Assembly (NCBI GenBank): GCA_965202625.1
Contig: CBDBBI010000010.1
Location: 2,784,001 to 2,848,000, forward strand
DNA length: 64,000 bases
Direction: 5' to 3'
Source: a bacterium
GTDB taxonomy: Bacteria > UBA8248
Under the pieces are notes generated by a model. The model was given only the letters and a program-made list of their open reading frames with translations. It had not been told where the DNA came from and did not search any database. The number at the start of each line of letters is the position of its first letter. The first letter of the stretch is position 1. Below are positions 1 through 10,224 of this stretch, in pieces. The position numbers and the translations under genes are program-made.

Positions 1-1558
1 CAACGGCGGGCCCCGGCCGGTCGAAGTCCTGCCCGGCGATGTTGACGGCCAGGCGAAAGCCCTTCGGCAGGACTATGCACTGAGGCCATATCTCCACGTC
101 GAGTTCGTATATGCGCTCGGGTCTCAAGGGCTGTTTGTCGTCGTGGGTGTGGTAAGGTCGCCAGGGCTCTGATTTTTCCGCGTCGAGCTTGCGGTGAGAG
201 GCGCGCAGCCAGCCCTGGGCGAGCGGCGTTTTGGGGTCTACCGTGCCCTGAAAGTATACCTCGCGCCCCTTGGGAGAGAACGCCTGGACGGTGACGAACA
301 AGTCGGCGTCCACGGTGGATGAGGAGACGAAGAGTTTGGCTGCCATGGGGCCCGTGATTTCGGTCTCCTCCTCGAGCGGCGGCGTCATCAGCGTCACTCC
401 TCGGGTGAGCGCCTGGAAGGTTATCGAATCCTTGTCCTTTGGCGCTTTCCAGTCGAGTTTTCCCTTGCCGCCCGCGTGCAGATACAGATTTGTCCATTTC
501 GTGCCCTTGAGCGGCCATTCATGCTCTTTGCGCAACTCCACCTCGTCGGTGAAGGGACGCCTGAGGTTGAGCCACACCCGAGGCTCTTTCTCCCAGCCGT
601 TGCGCTCCCCCTTGAGATAGTAGTCGAAGAAGCGCTTTTGCAGCTGCATTCCGTATTCGAGGTAGAACCACTCCTCGTGTCTGCCCGGATGCCCTTCAAG
701 CCACTTCTCCTTTGACGCCGCCTGTGTGAACGCCTCGAAGTTGCCGCGCGGGTGGAGGCCAAAGCCCGCCCAACTCCCCGCGCTGAGGAAGGGAACCTGC
801 ACTTTGGACCAATCGGGCGACCTTGAGCGATACCAGTCGTCGTCCATCTCCCGGGCCAGGAAGTTGGCGAGCGTATCGGCCCGATTTTCCGCGAGCTCCT
901 CCTGGGAGAGCTTCGCCGGGCCCGTCGCGCGCGTCTCCATCCAGTGGTCGCGCGGGCCTTTGGGGTTGCCGTGCTGCACCGCCTCGACCTGGCGCGGATA
1001 CCAGATTTCCATGAACTTGTTGGAGAGAATGCCGCCGTGCCGCGCCCAGTCGCGGTAGTGGTCGGCGGCCCCCTCCCAGGGGATCATCGCCGTCAGGTGT
1101 TTGGGCTGCAAGGCGGCGACCTGCCATTGGTTGATGGCGTAATAGGAGACGCCGTTCAGGCCGACATTGCCGTTCGACCATTGTTGTCGGCCTGCCCATT
1201 CGATGGCGAGGGCGAAATCTTTGGTTTCACGGGGGGAGAAAATATCGAGATAGCCGGGCGAGCGTCCCGCCCCGCGCGAATCGAGCCGCACGCAGGCGTA
1301 ACCCCAGGGCACCCAAATTTCGGGGTCGACCGTCTCCCAGGTCAGCCAGCGATGCGCAGAACCCGCCAGAATGTCTGGATGCATCTTCACCAGCGAGTCC
1401 CAGAGCGGCTTGTAGTGTTCTTGATACTTGACTCCCTTGCCATATGGACCGCCAGCCATGACGACGGGCGCCTTCTCCTTGGTGTCCGGCCTGTAGACGT
1501 CGACCCGTAACACTACCCCATCGTCCATTGTGACGGGCAAATCGCGCTCAATAATCAT
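1..1558 (-). CDS. CocE/NonD family (peptidase S15) serine hydrolase, 3' end runs off the window
   Basis: Missing from the ORF track. Manual minus-strand translation from ATG 1558 (AGGAGG upstream) gives MIIERDLPVTMDDGVVLRVDVYRP...PYGK...ETVDPEIWVPWGYACVRLDSRGAGRSPG...GVSYYA, typical CocE/NonD motifs. Confidence 0.85.
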   Translation of the reverse strand, partial: MIIERDLPVTMDDGVVLRVDVYRPDTKEKAPVVMAGGPYGKGVKYQEHYKPLWDSLVKMHPDILAGSAHRWLTWETVDPEIWVPWGYACVRLDSRGAGRSPGYLDIFSPRETKDFALAIEWAGRQQWSNGNVGLNGVSYYAINQWQVAALQPKHLTAMIPWEGAADHYRDWARHGGILSNKFMEIWYPRQVEAVQHGNPKGPRDHWMETRATGPAKLSQEELAENRADTLANFLAREMDDDWYRSRSPDWSKVQVPFLSAGSWAGFGLHPRGNFEAFTQAASKEKWLEGHPGRHEEWFYLEYGMQLQKRFFDYYLKGERNGWEKEPRVWLNLRRPFTDEVELRKEHEWPLKGTKWTNLYLHAGGKGKLDWKAPKDKDSITFQALTRGVTLMTPPLEEETEITGPMAAKLFVSSSTVDADLFVTVQAFSPKGREVYFQGTVDPKTPLAQGWLRASHRKLDAEKSEPWRPYHTHDDKQPLRPERIYELDVEIWPQCIVLPKGFRLAVNIAGQDFDRPGPAV

Positions 1559-1907
1559 ACGCCCCTCCTGGTTTGAGAACATGGTGGCGCGACTCCACAG
1601 GTGACGACCGTCCGCTCACTTCACGTTCCAGCATTTCAGATATACAAAAATTATAGGACAAGACGCCGCATTGTTCAATTTGGGATTTCATGGTGTGCTC
1701 TCGCTCCCCCTAGGTCTATGGAGCGTCTCCTGAAGTGGCGCCGCAGGCCGCCCTCTTGCATAGGGGAGGATCGTCGCGTCACGCGCCAGCCTTGAAAGGG
1801 CTGGACGGCGCCTGTAAGGTGATGATCGGCTTTCGTTTTGGAGGCTGTCCTCGCTTTGAAGGTTTCCTGGTCTGGGTTTCCAGGCGTGCCGCCGTGAAGA
1901 ATGCGCT

Positions 1908-2375
1908 TTGGAAGAATGCGCTTTGAAGAAGCACATCGACGACGTTGACCGGCGCCTCTCAGGTTGGATGAACCGATACGGCCGGTTGTTCCTCCGGGTT
2001 TCGCTCGCCGTCATCTTCATCTGGTTCGGCATTCTCAAGCCCTTCGGCATGAGCGCGGCGGACGAACTTGTGCGCCGCACGGTCTATTGGTTTCCGCCCG
2101 AGCTCTTCATCCCCCTCCTCGGCTGGTGGGAGGTGGCGATAGGCGCGGGGCTGCTTTTCCGCCCACTCATCCGCCTCGCCTTGTTCTTGCTTTTCCTGCA
2201 AATGCCGGGAACGATTCTGCCCCTCATTCTCCTGCCGGAGGTCTGCTTCGCACAGATTCCCTTCGCCCCCACGCTCGAGGGACAATACATCATCAAAAAC
2301 CTCATCCTCATGAGCGCCGCCATCGTCGTGGGCGGCACGGTGCGCAAGGAAGAGGACGCGCGCGCACTCATCTGA
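1908..2375 (+). CDS. DoxX-like membrane protein
   Basis: Hydrophobic helices; LRVSLAVIFIWFGILK and EGQYIIKNL motifs. Start uncertain. Confidence 0.7.
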   Translation: MEECALKKHIDDVDRRLSGWMNRYGRLFLRVSLAVIFIWFGILKPFGMSAADELVRRTVYWFPPELFIPLLGWWEVAIGAGLLFRPLIRLALFLLFLQMPGTILPLILLPEVCFAQIPFAPTLEGQYIIKNLILMSAAIVVGGTVRKEEDARALI

Positions 2376-2625
2376 GGTGCAGCGTTTTTGGATGGGTTTT
2401 GGCAATGGGCGCCAAGCCCCATTTTTTCATCAAGCGCGCGGCTTGGGAATGAAGCGCATCCGTCGCCCGCATCGGGCTCTTGTGGGGCGGATGATATTCG
2501 CCTCATGGCCCGCGACGCCACGCGCCCTGCTTCGGCTCATAGCGCGTGCGACGCTGGATGGGAGGACAAAAAATGCTATAGTTATTCGAATCGGCATGAA
2601 AATCACCATCTCCCGGGGAGAAGCA

Positions 2626-3021
2626 ATGATGAGCGAACCGCAAATCAGCGCCCAGGACGTGCGGAACGCCAGCGCGGGCTGCCTTCAAAAGCAGATGTAT
2701 GTTTATTTCACCACGCCGGCGAACGGCATGGGGCCCGTGATGGCGAATTTGGAAGATCACCTGAAGTTTCAGGTCGATTTGGAGCAGAGGGGAATCATGT
2801 TCGGGGCGGGTCCTTTTTGGACGGATGACGAGCGGCGTTGGGAGGGAGAGGGCATGGTCATCATTCGGGCCGCATCCTTGGAGGAGGCGAGAGAAATCGC
2901 CGAATCAGACCCGATGCACGCAAGCGGGGCGCGCACGTTCACGATACGCCCCTGGCTCCTGAACGAAGGCTCCGTGACGATGCGGATCACGTATTCAGAC
3001 GGGGGACGAGAAGTCGTATGA
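2626..3021 (+). CDS. YciI family protein
   Basis: HLKFQ...MFGAGPF...GMVIIRAASLEEAREIAESDPMH; start reassigned to ATG 2626 after GGGGAG. Confidence 0.75.
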   Translation: MMSEPQISAQDVRNASAGCLQKQMYVYFTTPANGMGPVMANLEDHLKFQVDLEQRGIMFGAGPFWTDDERRWEGEGMVIIRAASLEEAREIAESDPMHASGARTFTIRPWLLNEGSVTMRITYSDGGREVV

Positions 3022-3061
3022 TATGAGGAGGCTCCGCCCCTGCCCATGAGGTTGAACAGCG

Positions 3062-3934
3062 ATGCGCTGGACCCGAAGAAGAGAGAAATTTCGCGCCATA
3101 CTCTCTGGCGAGAGGTGCGTTCATCCCGGTTCGGTCTATGACCCTCTCTCCGCGCGCATGGCCGAGGACGTCGGCTACGAGCTCGGAATACTCGCAGGCT
3201 CCACCGCTTCACTCACCGTTCTGGGCGCGCCCGATATGATTTTGTTGACGTTGACGGAATTCGCCCAACAAGCGCTCAGAATCAATCGCGCGGTGAACAT
3301 CCCCCTTCTGGTGGACGCTGACCATGGGTATGGCAACGCCCTGAACGTGAAAAGAACGGTCGAAGAACTGGAGACTGCGGGCGTGGCCGCCCTTTCCATA
3401 GAAGATACGGCACTCCCGCAAACCTTTGGAGCGATGGGTGCGGCGCAGCTCAGTCCCATTGACGAGGGGGTGGGGAAAATGCGCGCCGCTCTGGAGGGAC
3501 GTCAGGACACGAATCTGGTGGTTGTGGGAAGAACGGGCGCGCCTCGCCTCACGAGCACGAGGGACGCCGTCGCGCGCGCGAAGGCATACGAGGCGGCGGG
3601 GGTGGACGCCATCTTTCTGATGGGCGTTCAAAGTCGGGAGCAGCTGGAGGCCATCTCCGCGGAGGTGAACCTTCCCATCATATTAGGCGGCGCCGACCGA
3701 AAGGTGCGCGGGCTGGATTATCTGTCCGAAAGGGGCGTTCGCGTCGCACTCCAGGGTCATCAGCCCATCATGGCGGCGGCCCAGGCGGCCTATGCGACGC
3801 TGAAAGCGCTTAAAAACGGCGCGCAGCCGGAGGAATTGGAGAACGTTCCCTCCGGCGTGTTCATGAAAAAATACGTCAACGATGCGGATTATCGTCGCCA
3901 AATGAGAGAGTTTCTGGAGCGCGGAGAATCCTGA
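3062..3934 (+). CDS. Oxaloacetate decarboxylase-like enzyme, isocitrate lyase/PEP mutase family
   Basis: SVYDPLSARMAED, DADHGYGNALNV, SIEDT motifs. Confidence 0.8.
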   Translation: MRWTRRREKFRAILSGERCVHPGSVYDPLSARMAEDVGYELGILAGSTASLTVLGAPDMILLTLTEFAQQALRINRAVNIPLLVDADHGYGNALNVKRTVEELETAGVAALSIEDTALPQTFGAMGAAQLSPIDEGVGKMRAALEGRQDTNLVVVGRTGAPRLTSTRDAVARAKAYEAAGVDAIFLMGVQSREQLEAISAEVNLPIILGGADRKVRGLDYLSERGVRVALQGHQPIMAAAQAAYATLKALKNGAQPEELENVPSGVFMKKYVNDADYRRQMREFLERGES

Positions 3935-4068
3935 TTTACCGCGCACGACGCCGCGCGATCGGCGAGAGGGGGACGCTTCCCAGGGACGTAGGTTTGTCCG
4001 CAACTGGTTGCTCGCAGTGACGAAAAGCATTTGAGGGAGATATACTGGCGCACGATTCAAGCAGACGT

Positions 4069-5232
4069 GTGATGTGGGGAGACGGTCTCTTGGCCATAGA
4101 ACTTGCGTGGTATATGTCCTGTGACGGCGACGGCGCATATATCGGCCAGAAATACGCCGACCATCCCCCAGGCTACGATACGTTCACCCGCATCGCCCGG
4201 AACGCCGAGCGCAGCGGCTTCACCACCATCCTGGTGCCGACCTCTCAGGTCAGCGGCCACTATGGGCCGCAAGCCCCCACGTGGGACAGTATGGTGAATG
4301 CTGCGGTCATCGGTCCTGCGACGAGGACGATAAAACTCCTTCTCGCGGTGCGGGTGGGAGTGATTGCTCCGGCCGTTTGCGCCCGAATGATGGCCTCTCT
4401 CGATGAACTCACCAATGGCCGCATTCTCTATAACGTAGTGACGGGAGGTGCCGCGCTTTCGAGCTATGGAGAGGAGCTTGGGCACGACGTGCGCTATGAA
4501 CGCACGGACGAGTATCTGGAAATCCTCGAGGGACTGTGGACGCGGGAGAAATACACGTTTGAAGGGCGCTTCTATCGTCTGAAAGGCGCCACCGTGTATC
4601 CAAGACCCGTGCAGAAGCCAAGAATTCCTTTTTTTATGGCCGGGGCCTCGGAAATTGCACAAGAGATCGCCATTAGGCGGGCGGAGTATTCGGTGTTCTG
4701 GGGAGAAAGCCCAAAACAGGTGGCGGAGCGTGTAAAGCATATGAACGCGAAGTGCGAGAGAGCGGGGCGCAAGAGGCCGCTCAAGTATGTGACCCGCTTT
4801 CAAATCTTTGCGCGCGAGACCGAGGCGGAAGCCTTCGAGGCGGCTGAGGAAGTGATGAGTCGGGTCGATCCGGAGGTGCTGGCGCATCGCGGAAAAGTGA
4901 TCTCCTCGTTTGAGAGCCAGGGCACCAAGGAGCAGCAGGCCCGCGCGAAAGAGGAGATGGTGGGTCCCAACCTTTGGGCGGGCATGGGCAGGATTCGCTC
5001 GGGCTCCGCCGTCGCCATCGTGGGTTCTTATGCGCAGTGTGCAAAGAAGATCATAGAGATCGAGCGCGCGGGGATTGATTTGTTGATCCTCTCCGGGTTC
5101 CCTCTGTCTGAAGAGTGCCGAACCGTGGGCAAACACGTCATTCCTCTTGTGCGCGAGATGGAACGGGAACAGGGTTTGGTTCATGAGGCGGACGAGGCGT
5201 TTTTGTCCCGGAGTCAGGGAGTTTGCGCATAG
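4069..5232 (+). CDS. LLM class flavin-dependent monooxygenase (SsuD/MsuD-like)
   Basis: AERSGF, LLLAVR, NGRILYNVVTGG, RYERTDEYL, AGASE, GPNLWAG, ILSGFP motifs. Confidence 0.85.
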   Translation: MMWGDGLLAIELAWYMSCDGDGAYIGQKYADHPPGYDTFTRIARNAERSGFTTILVPTSQVSGHYGPQAPTWDSMVNAAVIGPATRTIKLLLAVRVGVIAPAVCARMMASLDELTNGRILYNVVTGGAALSSYGEELGHDVRYERTDEYLEILEGLWTREKYTFEGRFYRLKGATVYPRPVQKPRIPFFMAGASEIAQEIAIRRAEYSVFWGESPKQVAERVKHMNAKCERAGRKRPLKYVTRFQIFARETEAEAFEAAEEVMSRVDPEVLAHRGKVISSFESQGTKEQQARAKEEMVGPNLWAGMGRIRSGSAVAIVGSYAQCAKKIIEIERAGIDLLILSGFPLSEECRTVGKHVIPLVREMEREQGLVHEADEAFLSRSQGVCA

Positions 5233-5309
5233 TTCGTCACGGTCTTTGGAAACGCGGGCGCATGGCGAACCTGATCTGTTCATCCTTTTATTGATGAGGG
5301 CGAGGCTAT

Positions 5310-6485
5310 ATGAATTTTGACTTGAACGAAGAGCAGCGGGCGTGGCGGGAAAAGGCGAGAAAGTTCGCTCATGAGGAAATTGCGCCCATATCCCTTGAGC
5401 GCGACCAGATATCCGATCCGCGCGATACCTTCGATTGGGAAATCATCAAGAAAGGTTCGAGGCTCGGTTTTCGCACCGCCGTCGTCCCCAAGGAGCGTGG
5501 CGGCCATGGAATTGATTTCGTCACACAGGCTTTGGTGATGGAGGAGCTCGCGCGCGGCGACAGCGCGATATCGAAAACGTTCAGCCAGTGCTGGAAGTGG
5601 AGCCACCTCATAGCCGCTTCCTGCACGGACGATCAAAAAGACAGGTTTCTGAAGCCGTTTCTGGAGGACGACGCCTACCTTCTGGGAAAAGGGGGAACCG
5701 AGGAGGCGGCGGGCTCGGATAACCGAATGCCCTCTGAGGATCCCCGAACGGGTTGGAAGCTCCGGGCGGTGCGCGAGGGGGATGAATGGGTGCTGAATGG
5801 CCGAAAACGCTATATCGCCAACGGAAGTGTGGCCAAGCTCTTTTTCATTGACGGCAGAACGGACCCTGACGTTCCCATCTCGAAGGGGACGACGCTCTTT
5901 CTGGTACCGACGGATGCACCGGGGTTTCGAGTGGGGAAGGTGTATGACAAAATCGGTTGGCGATTTTATCAAAACGCGGAGCTGATCTTTGAAAACGCCC
6001 GCGTGCCGCACGCCAATGTGGTCGGAGAGGTGAACCGGGGAATTCAGGCGAGAAAGGGGGATACGTCCGAGTTTGGGGACCTGGAGCTCTCCGCCAACGG
6101 GCTGGGCGTGTGTCAGGCGGCGGTCGACATGGCGATGCGCCACGCTAGAACGCGCTGGCAGGGTGGAAAGCACATCATTGAGCATCAGGCCATTCAGCTC
6201 AAACTCTCGGAGATGCACATGCTCACCGAGGCGCTCAGATCTTACGTCATGCGGACGGCGTGCGACCTTGAAAAGGGCGCGGACCGTGATATGAAGCACA
6301 ACATCCTGCTCATGAACTTCGCCTCGGACGTCATTCAGCGCGTCACCCATCTGAACATGGACGTTCACGGGGGCGCCGGAGTCATGAAGGATGTAGGCGT
6401 GGAGAAACTGGTCCGGGACGCGGCGATTTGGACGCATTTGGCCGGCGACGCCGTGCAGAGGATCAAAGTCATCAAGCACCTGTGA
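5310..6485 (+). CDS. Acyl-CoA dehydrogenase family flavoprotein
   Basis: TEEAAGSD, WVLNGRKRYIANG, KIGWR, HGGAG, EKLVRDA. Confidence 0.85.
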   Translation: MNFDLNEEQRAWREKARKFAHEEIAPISLERDQISDPRDTFDWEIIKKGSRLGFRTAVVPKERGGHGIDFVTQALVMEELARGDSAISKTFSQCWKWSHLIAASCTDDQKDRFLKPFLEDDAYLLGKGGTEEAAGSDNRMPSEDPRTGWKLRAVREGDEWVLNGRKRYIANGSVAKLFFIDGRTDPDVPISKGTTLFLVPTDAPGFRVGKVYDKIGWRFYQNAELIFENARVPHANVVGEVNRGIQARKGDTSEFGDLELSANGLGVCQAAVDMAMRHARTRWQGGKHIIEHQAIQLKLSEMHMLTEALRSYVMRTACDLEKGADRDMKHNILLMNFASDVIQRVTHLNMDVHGGAGVMKDVGVEKLVRDAAIWTHLAGDAVQRIKVIKHL

Positions 6486-6498
6486 GCGGAGAAATCAT

Positions 6499-7578
6499 AT
6501 GAGCGGAAAATCGGTTTCCTTGGCTGTCATTTTGGGAGACGGCGTGGGCCACGACGTGTTGCCCGTGGCGAGCGAGGTGATTCAGGAGGCGGCGGGCGCC
6601 ACAGGGGTGGATGTTCGACCGGAAGTGTATGACTACGGCGCGCTTCACTACCTTGAGCACGGAGCTCCCTTGCCCGACGACGCGGCGGGGCTGGCACGGA
6701 CGCTGGCGGATGTGCACGACGCCATCCTGTTCGGCAGCGCGGGTCTCGATCCGAGGGTTCCGAAGGACGTGAATTGCCGGGAGCTGCTTCGCGCGCTTCG
6801 CTTTGAGCTCGACCTTTACGTGAACCTGCGCCCATCGCCGCTGCTTCATTCTGATTTTTGTCCTCTCAAGAGGGATGCGCCCATCGACCTGGTCGTCGTA
6901 CGCGAAAACACCGAGGGGGTGAACGTGCGCGTAGGCGGAAACTTCAAGATGGGGACGCCGGATGAGATCGCCATTCAGGAGGACATCAACACTTACAAGG
7001 GGGTGTCGCGCATCTGCCGCTACGCCTTCGAGTATGCGCGAAAACACGACTACCCCAAGGTGACAATGGCGGACAAGCATGGCTCCTTGGTTCATGCGCA
7101 CGGCCTCTGGCAGCGGGTTTTTTGGAGCGTTGAAGAGGAGTTTCCGGACGTGGAGGGCGAGCATTATTTCATCGACACCCTTTGCCAGGATCTTCTCTAC
7201 AAGCCCGATCATTTCGGCGTCATCGTCACAAACAACATGTATGGCGATATTTTGAGCGACCTGTGCGCGGGGCTGGTGGGAGGCGTCGGGATGGCGGCCT
7301 CCGGGTGCATTCACCCGGGCCGCGTGTGCATGTTCGAGCCGGTGCACGGCACCGCGCCCGACATCGCCTTGAAGGGAATCGCAAATCCCTTCGCGGCTTG
7401 CCTCACAGGAAGAATCCTGCTGAATACCTTGGGTTTTGAAGAAGCGGCGAACCTCATTTGGGAGGCGATACGCTCCGCCGTTCAAGAGAAGAAGTTGACG
7501 GCCGACGTCGGCGGTTCGCTGAATACGAGGCAAGTGGGCGATTATCTTTGCGCGCGGATTCAGGACTCGGGCGCGTAA
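6499..7578 (+). CDS. Isocitrate/isopropylmalate/tartrate dehydrogenase family enzyme
   Basis: GDGVG, YVNLRP, VRENTEG, NMYGDILSDL, FEPVHGTAPDI. Confidence 0.85.
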   Translation: MSGKSVSLAVILGDGVGHDVLPVASEVIQEAAGATGVDVRPEVYDYGALHYLEHGAPLPDDAAGLARTLADVHDAILFGSAGLDPRVPKDVNCRELLRALRFELDLYVNLRPSPLLHSDFCPLKRDAPIDLVVVRENTEGVNVRVGGNFKMGTPDEIAIQEDINTYKGVSRICRYAFEYARKHDYPKVTMADKHGSLVHAHGLWQRVFWSVEEEFPDVEGEHYFIDTLCQDLLYKPDHFGVIVTNNMYGDILSDLCAGLVGGVGMAASGCIHPGRVCMFEPVHGTAPDIALKGIANPFAACLTGRILLNTLGFEEAANLIWEAIRSAVQEKKLTADVGGSLNTRQVGDYLCARIQDSGA

Positions 7579-7624
7579 GCCTTGTTGTGCCATCGTTCGT
7601 TTTCACGATGTCTGGAGTTCGTTC

Positions 7625-9310
7625 ATGCCCCTTGAGGTTGGCTCTCCCGCACACGCGGGCCAAATCGTCGTCGACGCCCTTGTAAAGGAAGGCGTGAAGA
7701 GGCTGTATTGCCTGCCCGGCTCCCATCTTCTTCAATTCTACGACGCGCTCAGGGAGGCGCCCTCCATCCAGTTGGTCACGTGCAAACAGGAGCCGAACGC
7801 CTCGCTGATGGCCGACGCCTATGGGCGGCTCACCGGAGAGCCCGGCGTTTGTCTGCTCACGGCGGGGCCCGGAGGGGCGAATTCCATCGCGGGCGTGGCG
7901 CAAGCCTACGGGGCGGCGTCTCCGGTGGTGCACATCACGGGCTCCGTGCCCCTGGACGCGACGCGCGAGGCGTTCCACGGAGTGGACGACCCCGATTTTC
8001 TGGTTGACATGTTTCAGAAGGTCACCAAATGGAGCGTTCGCGTGAGGAGTGTGGAGGCCATCTCCGGCGTCATGGCCAAGGCCTTTCAAATCGCCAGAAG
8101 CGGAAGGCCGGGACCGGTTCACGTCGAGATTCCCCGGCTGAGCGACTATAGCCCCCATCTCTTGCAGGAGGCGCCCGTCGCGCTGCCCGAATATAGGCCG
8201 CAACCCGCGCAGGTCGTAGCCCCTCAAGAAGAGGACGTCGCGCAGTATGCCCAGAGGCTGCTGGCCGCGAAATTTCCCGTCATCTGCGCGGGCAAGGGGG
8301 TGATGCGACAAGGGGGGATGGACGAGCTGGCGCGGATTTCTGCGAAATTCTCGATTCCGGTGATTTATCCCCAGGATGCCATGGGCGTCATTCCGGACGA
8401 TCATCCCTTCTCGGTGGGGCGCTATTCCGCTTTCAGGAATACCGCATTCCTGAGCGACGTCACTGCCCGATGCGATTTGATGATGTTCATCGGCCTTCGG
8501 GCGGCCACGGCGGAGGTGTCGCATGTCCAGGGCTATGTGCCGGCGGATCAGATTTTCGTGGGCTTCGACGACGCGGAGGATGCGCACTACGGCGGTGCGG
8601 ATCAGATTGTGGCGGACCCGCAGATGTTTTTAAGCGCCTTGGACGAGCGTCTGGCGGGCGAGAGCGGGCGCGTCAACGAGGAGTTGAGGGAGGAGATCGC
8701 TCGCGGAAAAGCGGATTTGCGGGAGCAGGCGCTGAGGGTGATTGAGGGACATGAGCGCGACGGCCCGATTCATCCCGCCCTCTTGATGGAGAAACTCGCC
8801 GGCCATGTCCGGCCGGACGCCATCGTCATCAGCGACGTGGGGAATTGCCAGATGTTTGCGCGTTACTACTTGCCGATCAGGAACCCTTTCTCCTTCATGC
8901 AGTCGGGCGTGTGGAACGCCATGTCCTTCGCGCTGCCCACGGCCATCGTCGCCAAGATGGAATATCCGGAGCGCGACGTCATCGGTTTGGTGGGGGACGG
9001 CGCTTTCTTGATGACGATAGGCGACTTCGTGACGGCGTCTGAATATGGCGCCAACGTCGTGATGGTCGTGCTCAACGATGGTTCCTATGGCCAAATCGAC
9101 CGGCAGCAGCAGAACCTCTATGGCGCGGCCTATGGCTGTGTGTTCAAGAGTCCCCGTTTCGCCGAGATGGCGCGCTCTTTCGACGCCTTCGGTGCGCGCG
9201 TGGAAAACCCCGACGATCTTGACGAGGCCATCGCGCAGGCACTCTCGGCGGAGAGGCCGGCCATCCTCGAAGTCATGACGCGAGAGCAGCCCCTGCCGAA
9301 CATTTCATAA
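7625..9310 (+). CDS. Thiamine diphosphate-dependent enzyme (acetolactate synthase-like)
   Basis: QEPNASLMADAYGR, GPGGAN, GRPGPVHVEIP, GDGAF...LND ThDP motif. Confidence 0.85.
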   Translation: MPLEVGSPAHAGQIVVDALVKEGVKRLYCLPGSHLLQFYDALREAPSIQLVTCKQEPNASLMADAYGRLTGEPGVCLLTAGPGGANSIAGVAQAYGAASPVVHITGSVPLDATREAFHGVDDPDFLVDMFQKVTKWSVRVRSVEAISGVMAKAFQIARSGRPGPVHVEIPRLSDYSPHLLQEAPVALPEYRPQPAQVVAPQEEDVAQYAQRLLAAKFPVICAGKGVMRQGGMDELARISAKFSIPVIYPQDAMGVIPDDHPFSVGRYSAFRNTAFLSDVTARCDLMMFIGLRAATAEVSHVQGYVPADQIFVGFDDAEDAHYGGADQIVADPQMFLSALDERLAGESGRVNEELREEIARGKADLREQALRVIEGHERDGPIHPALLMEKLAGHVRPDAIVISDVGNCQMFARYYLPIRNPFSFMQSGVWNAMSFALPTAIVAKMEYPERDVIGLVGDGAFLMTIGDFVTASEYGANVVMVVLNDGSYGQIDRQQQNLYGAAYGCVFKSPRFAEMARSFDAFGARVENPDDLDEAIAQALSAERPAILEVMTREQPLPNIS

Positions 9311-9439
9311 CGAGATACCGGCTCAGTGAATTTCCGGCGCAGCCCGCTCCGTCCACGCGCCGCTTCAGGGCGGCGGGAGCTTTCTGGCCTTCGTCTCCCT
9401 CGTTAAGAGGGGTAGCCCTTAAATCATGGAGGATATCGT

Positions 9440-10222
9440 ATGGACGTTCGACTGGACGGGAAGAAGGCGCTCATCACGGGCGGAAGCCGAGGAATGGGCC
9501 AGGGCATGGCGCGCAAATTCTCCGAAGCCGGCGCGGAGGTGGCCATCGTCGCGCGGCGGCCCGACGTGCTTGAGGAGACGAGGGAGGAGATCGAATCCGC
9601 CACCGGAGGAAGGGTTTTCGCCTATCGGTGCGATATGCGCGACGCCGGGAAAATCAAGGCTATGTGGGCCTCCGCGCTGGAGGATTTGGGACGAATCGAC
9701 ATTCTGGTGAACAACGCGGGCGCCTCTATCCTGGGTCCGTTTGAGGAGATCAGCGATGAAACGTGGGAGGAGGATTTGGGGCTTAAGCTCTTCGGCGCCA
9801 TCAGAACCTGTCGGCTCGCTTTTCCCGCGATGAAGGAGCGCCGCTGGGGCCGCATCATCAACGTCGTGACCGTGGCGGGCAAAGCGCCTCCGGCCGGCAG
9901 CGCGCCCACGTCGGTCTCGCGTGCCGCAGGGCTGGCGATGACCAAGGTGCTGGCGGGGGAGGGCGCACCCTACAACGTGCTGGTGAACGCGCTGTGCACG
10001 GGCCGCATCGTGACGGATCAGATCGCGCGACGCTACGAGCGGGAAAAACCGAACGTTTCCTTTGATGCATACGTTGCCGAGGCCGCGCGCGATATTCCTC
10101 TCGGCAGGATGGGAACGACCGAGGAATACGCCAACGTGGCGTGTTTTCTGGCGTCTGACGCCGCCTCCTACGTCACGGGGACGGCGGTGAACATCGACGG
10201 GGGATTTTGCGCGGTCGCGTAG
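9440..10222 (+). CDS. SDR family oxidoreductase
   Basis: TGGSRGMG, ILVNNAG, YVTGTAVNIDGG. Confidence 0.85.
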   Translation: MDVRLDGKKALITGGSRGMGQGMARKFSEAGAEVAIVARRPDVLEETREEIESATGGRVFAYRCDMRDAGKIKAMWASALEDLGRIDILVNNAGASILGPFEEISDETWEEDLGLKLFGAIRTCRLAFPAMKERRWGRIINVVTVAGKAPPAGSAPTSVSRAAGLAMTKVLAGEGAPYNVLVNALCTGRIVTDQIARRYEREKPNVSFDAYVAEAARDIPLGRMGTTEEYANVACFLASDAASYVTGTAVNIDGGFCAVA

Positions 10223-10224
10223 AT

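Noticed and set aside
270-1510. ORF-track calls in the first 1.5 kb
   Set aside because: Shadows of the minus-strand CocE/NonD gene, which the track missed because it runs off the window.
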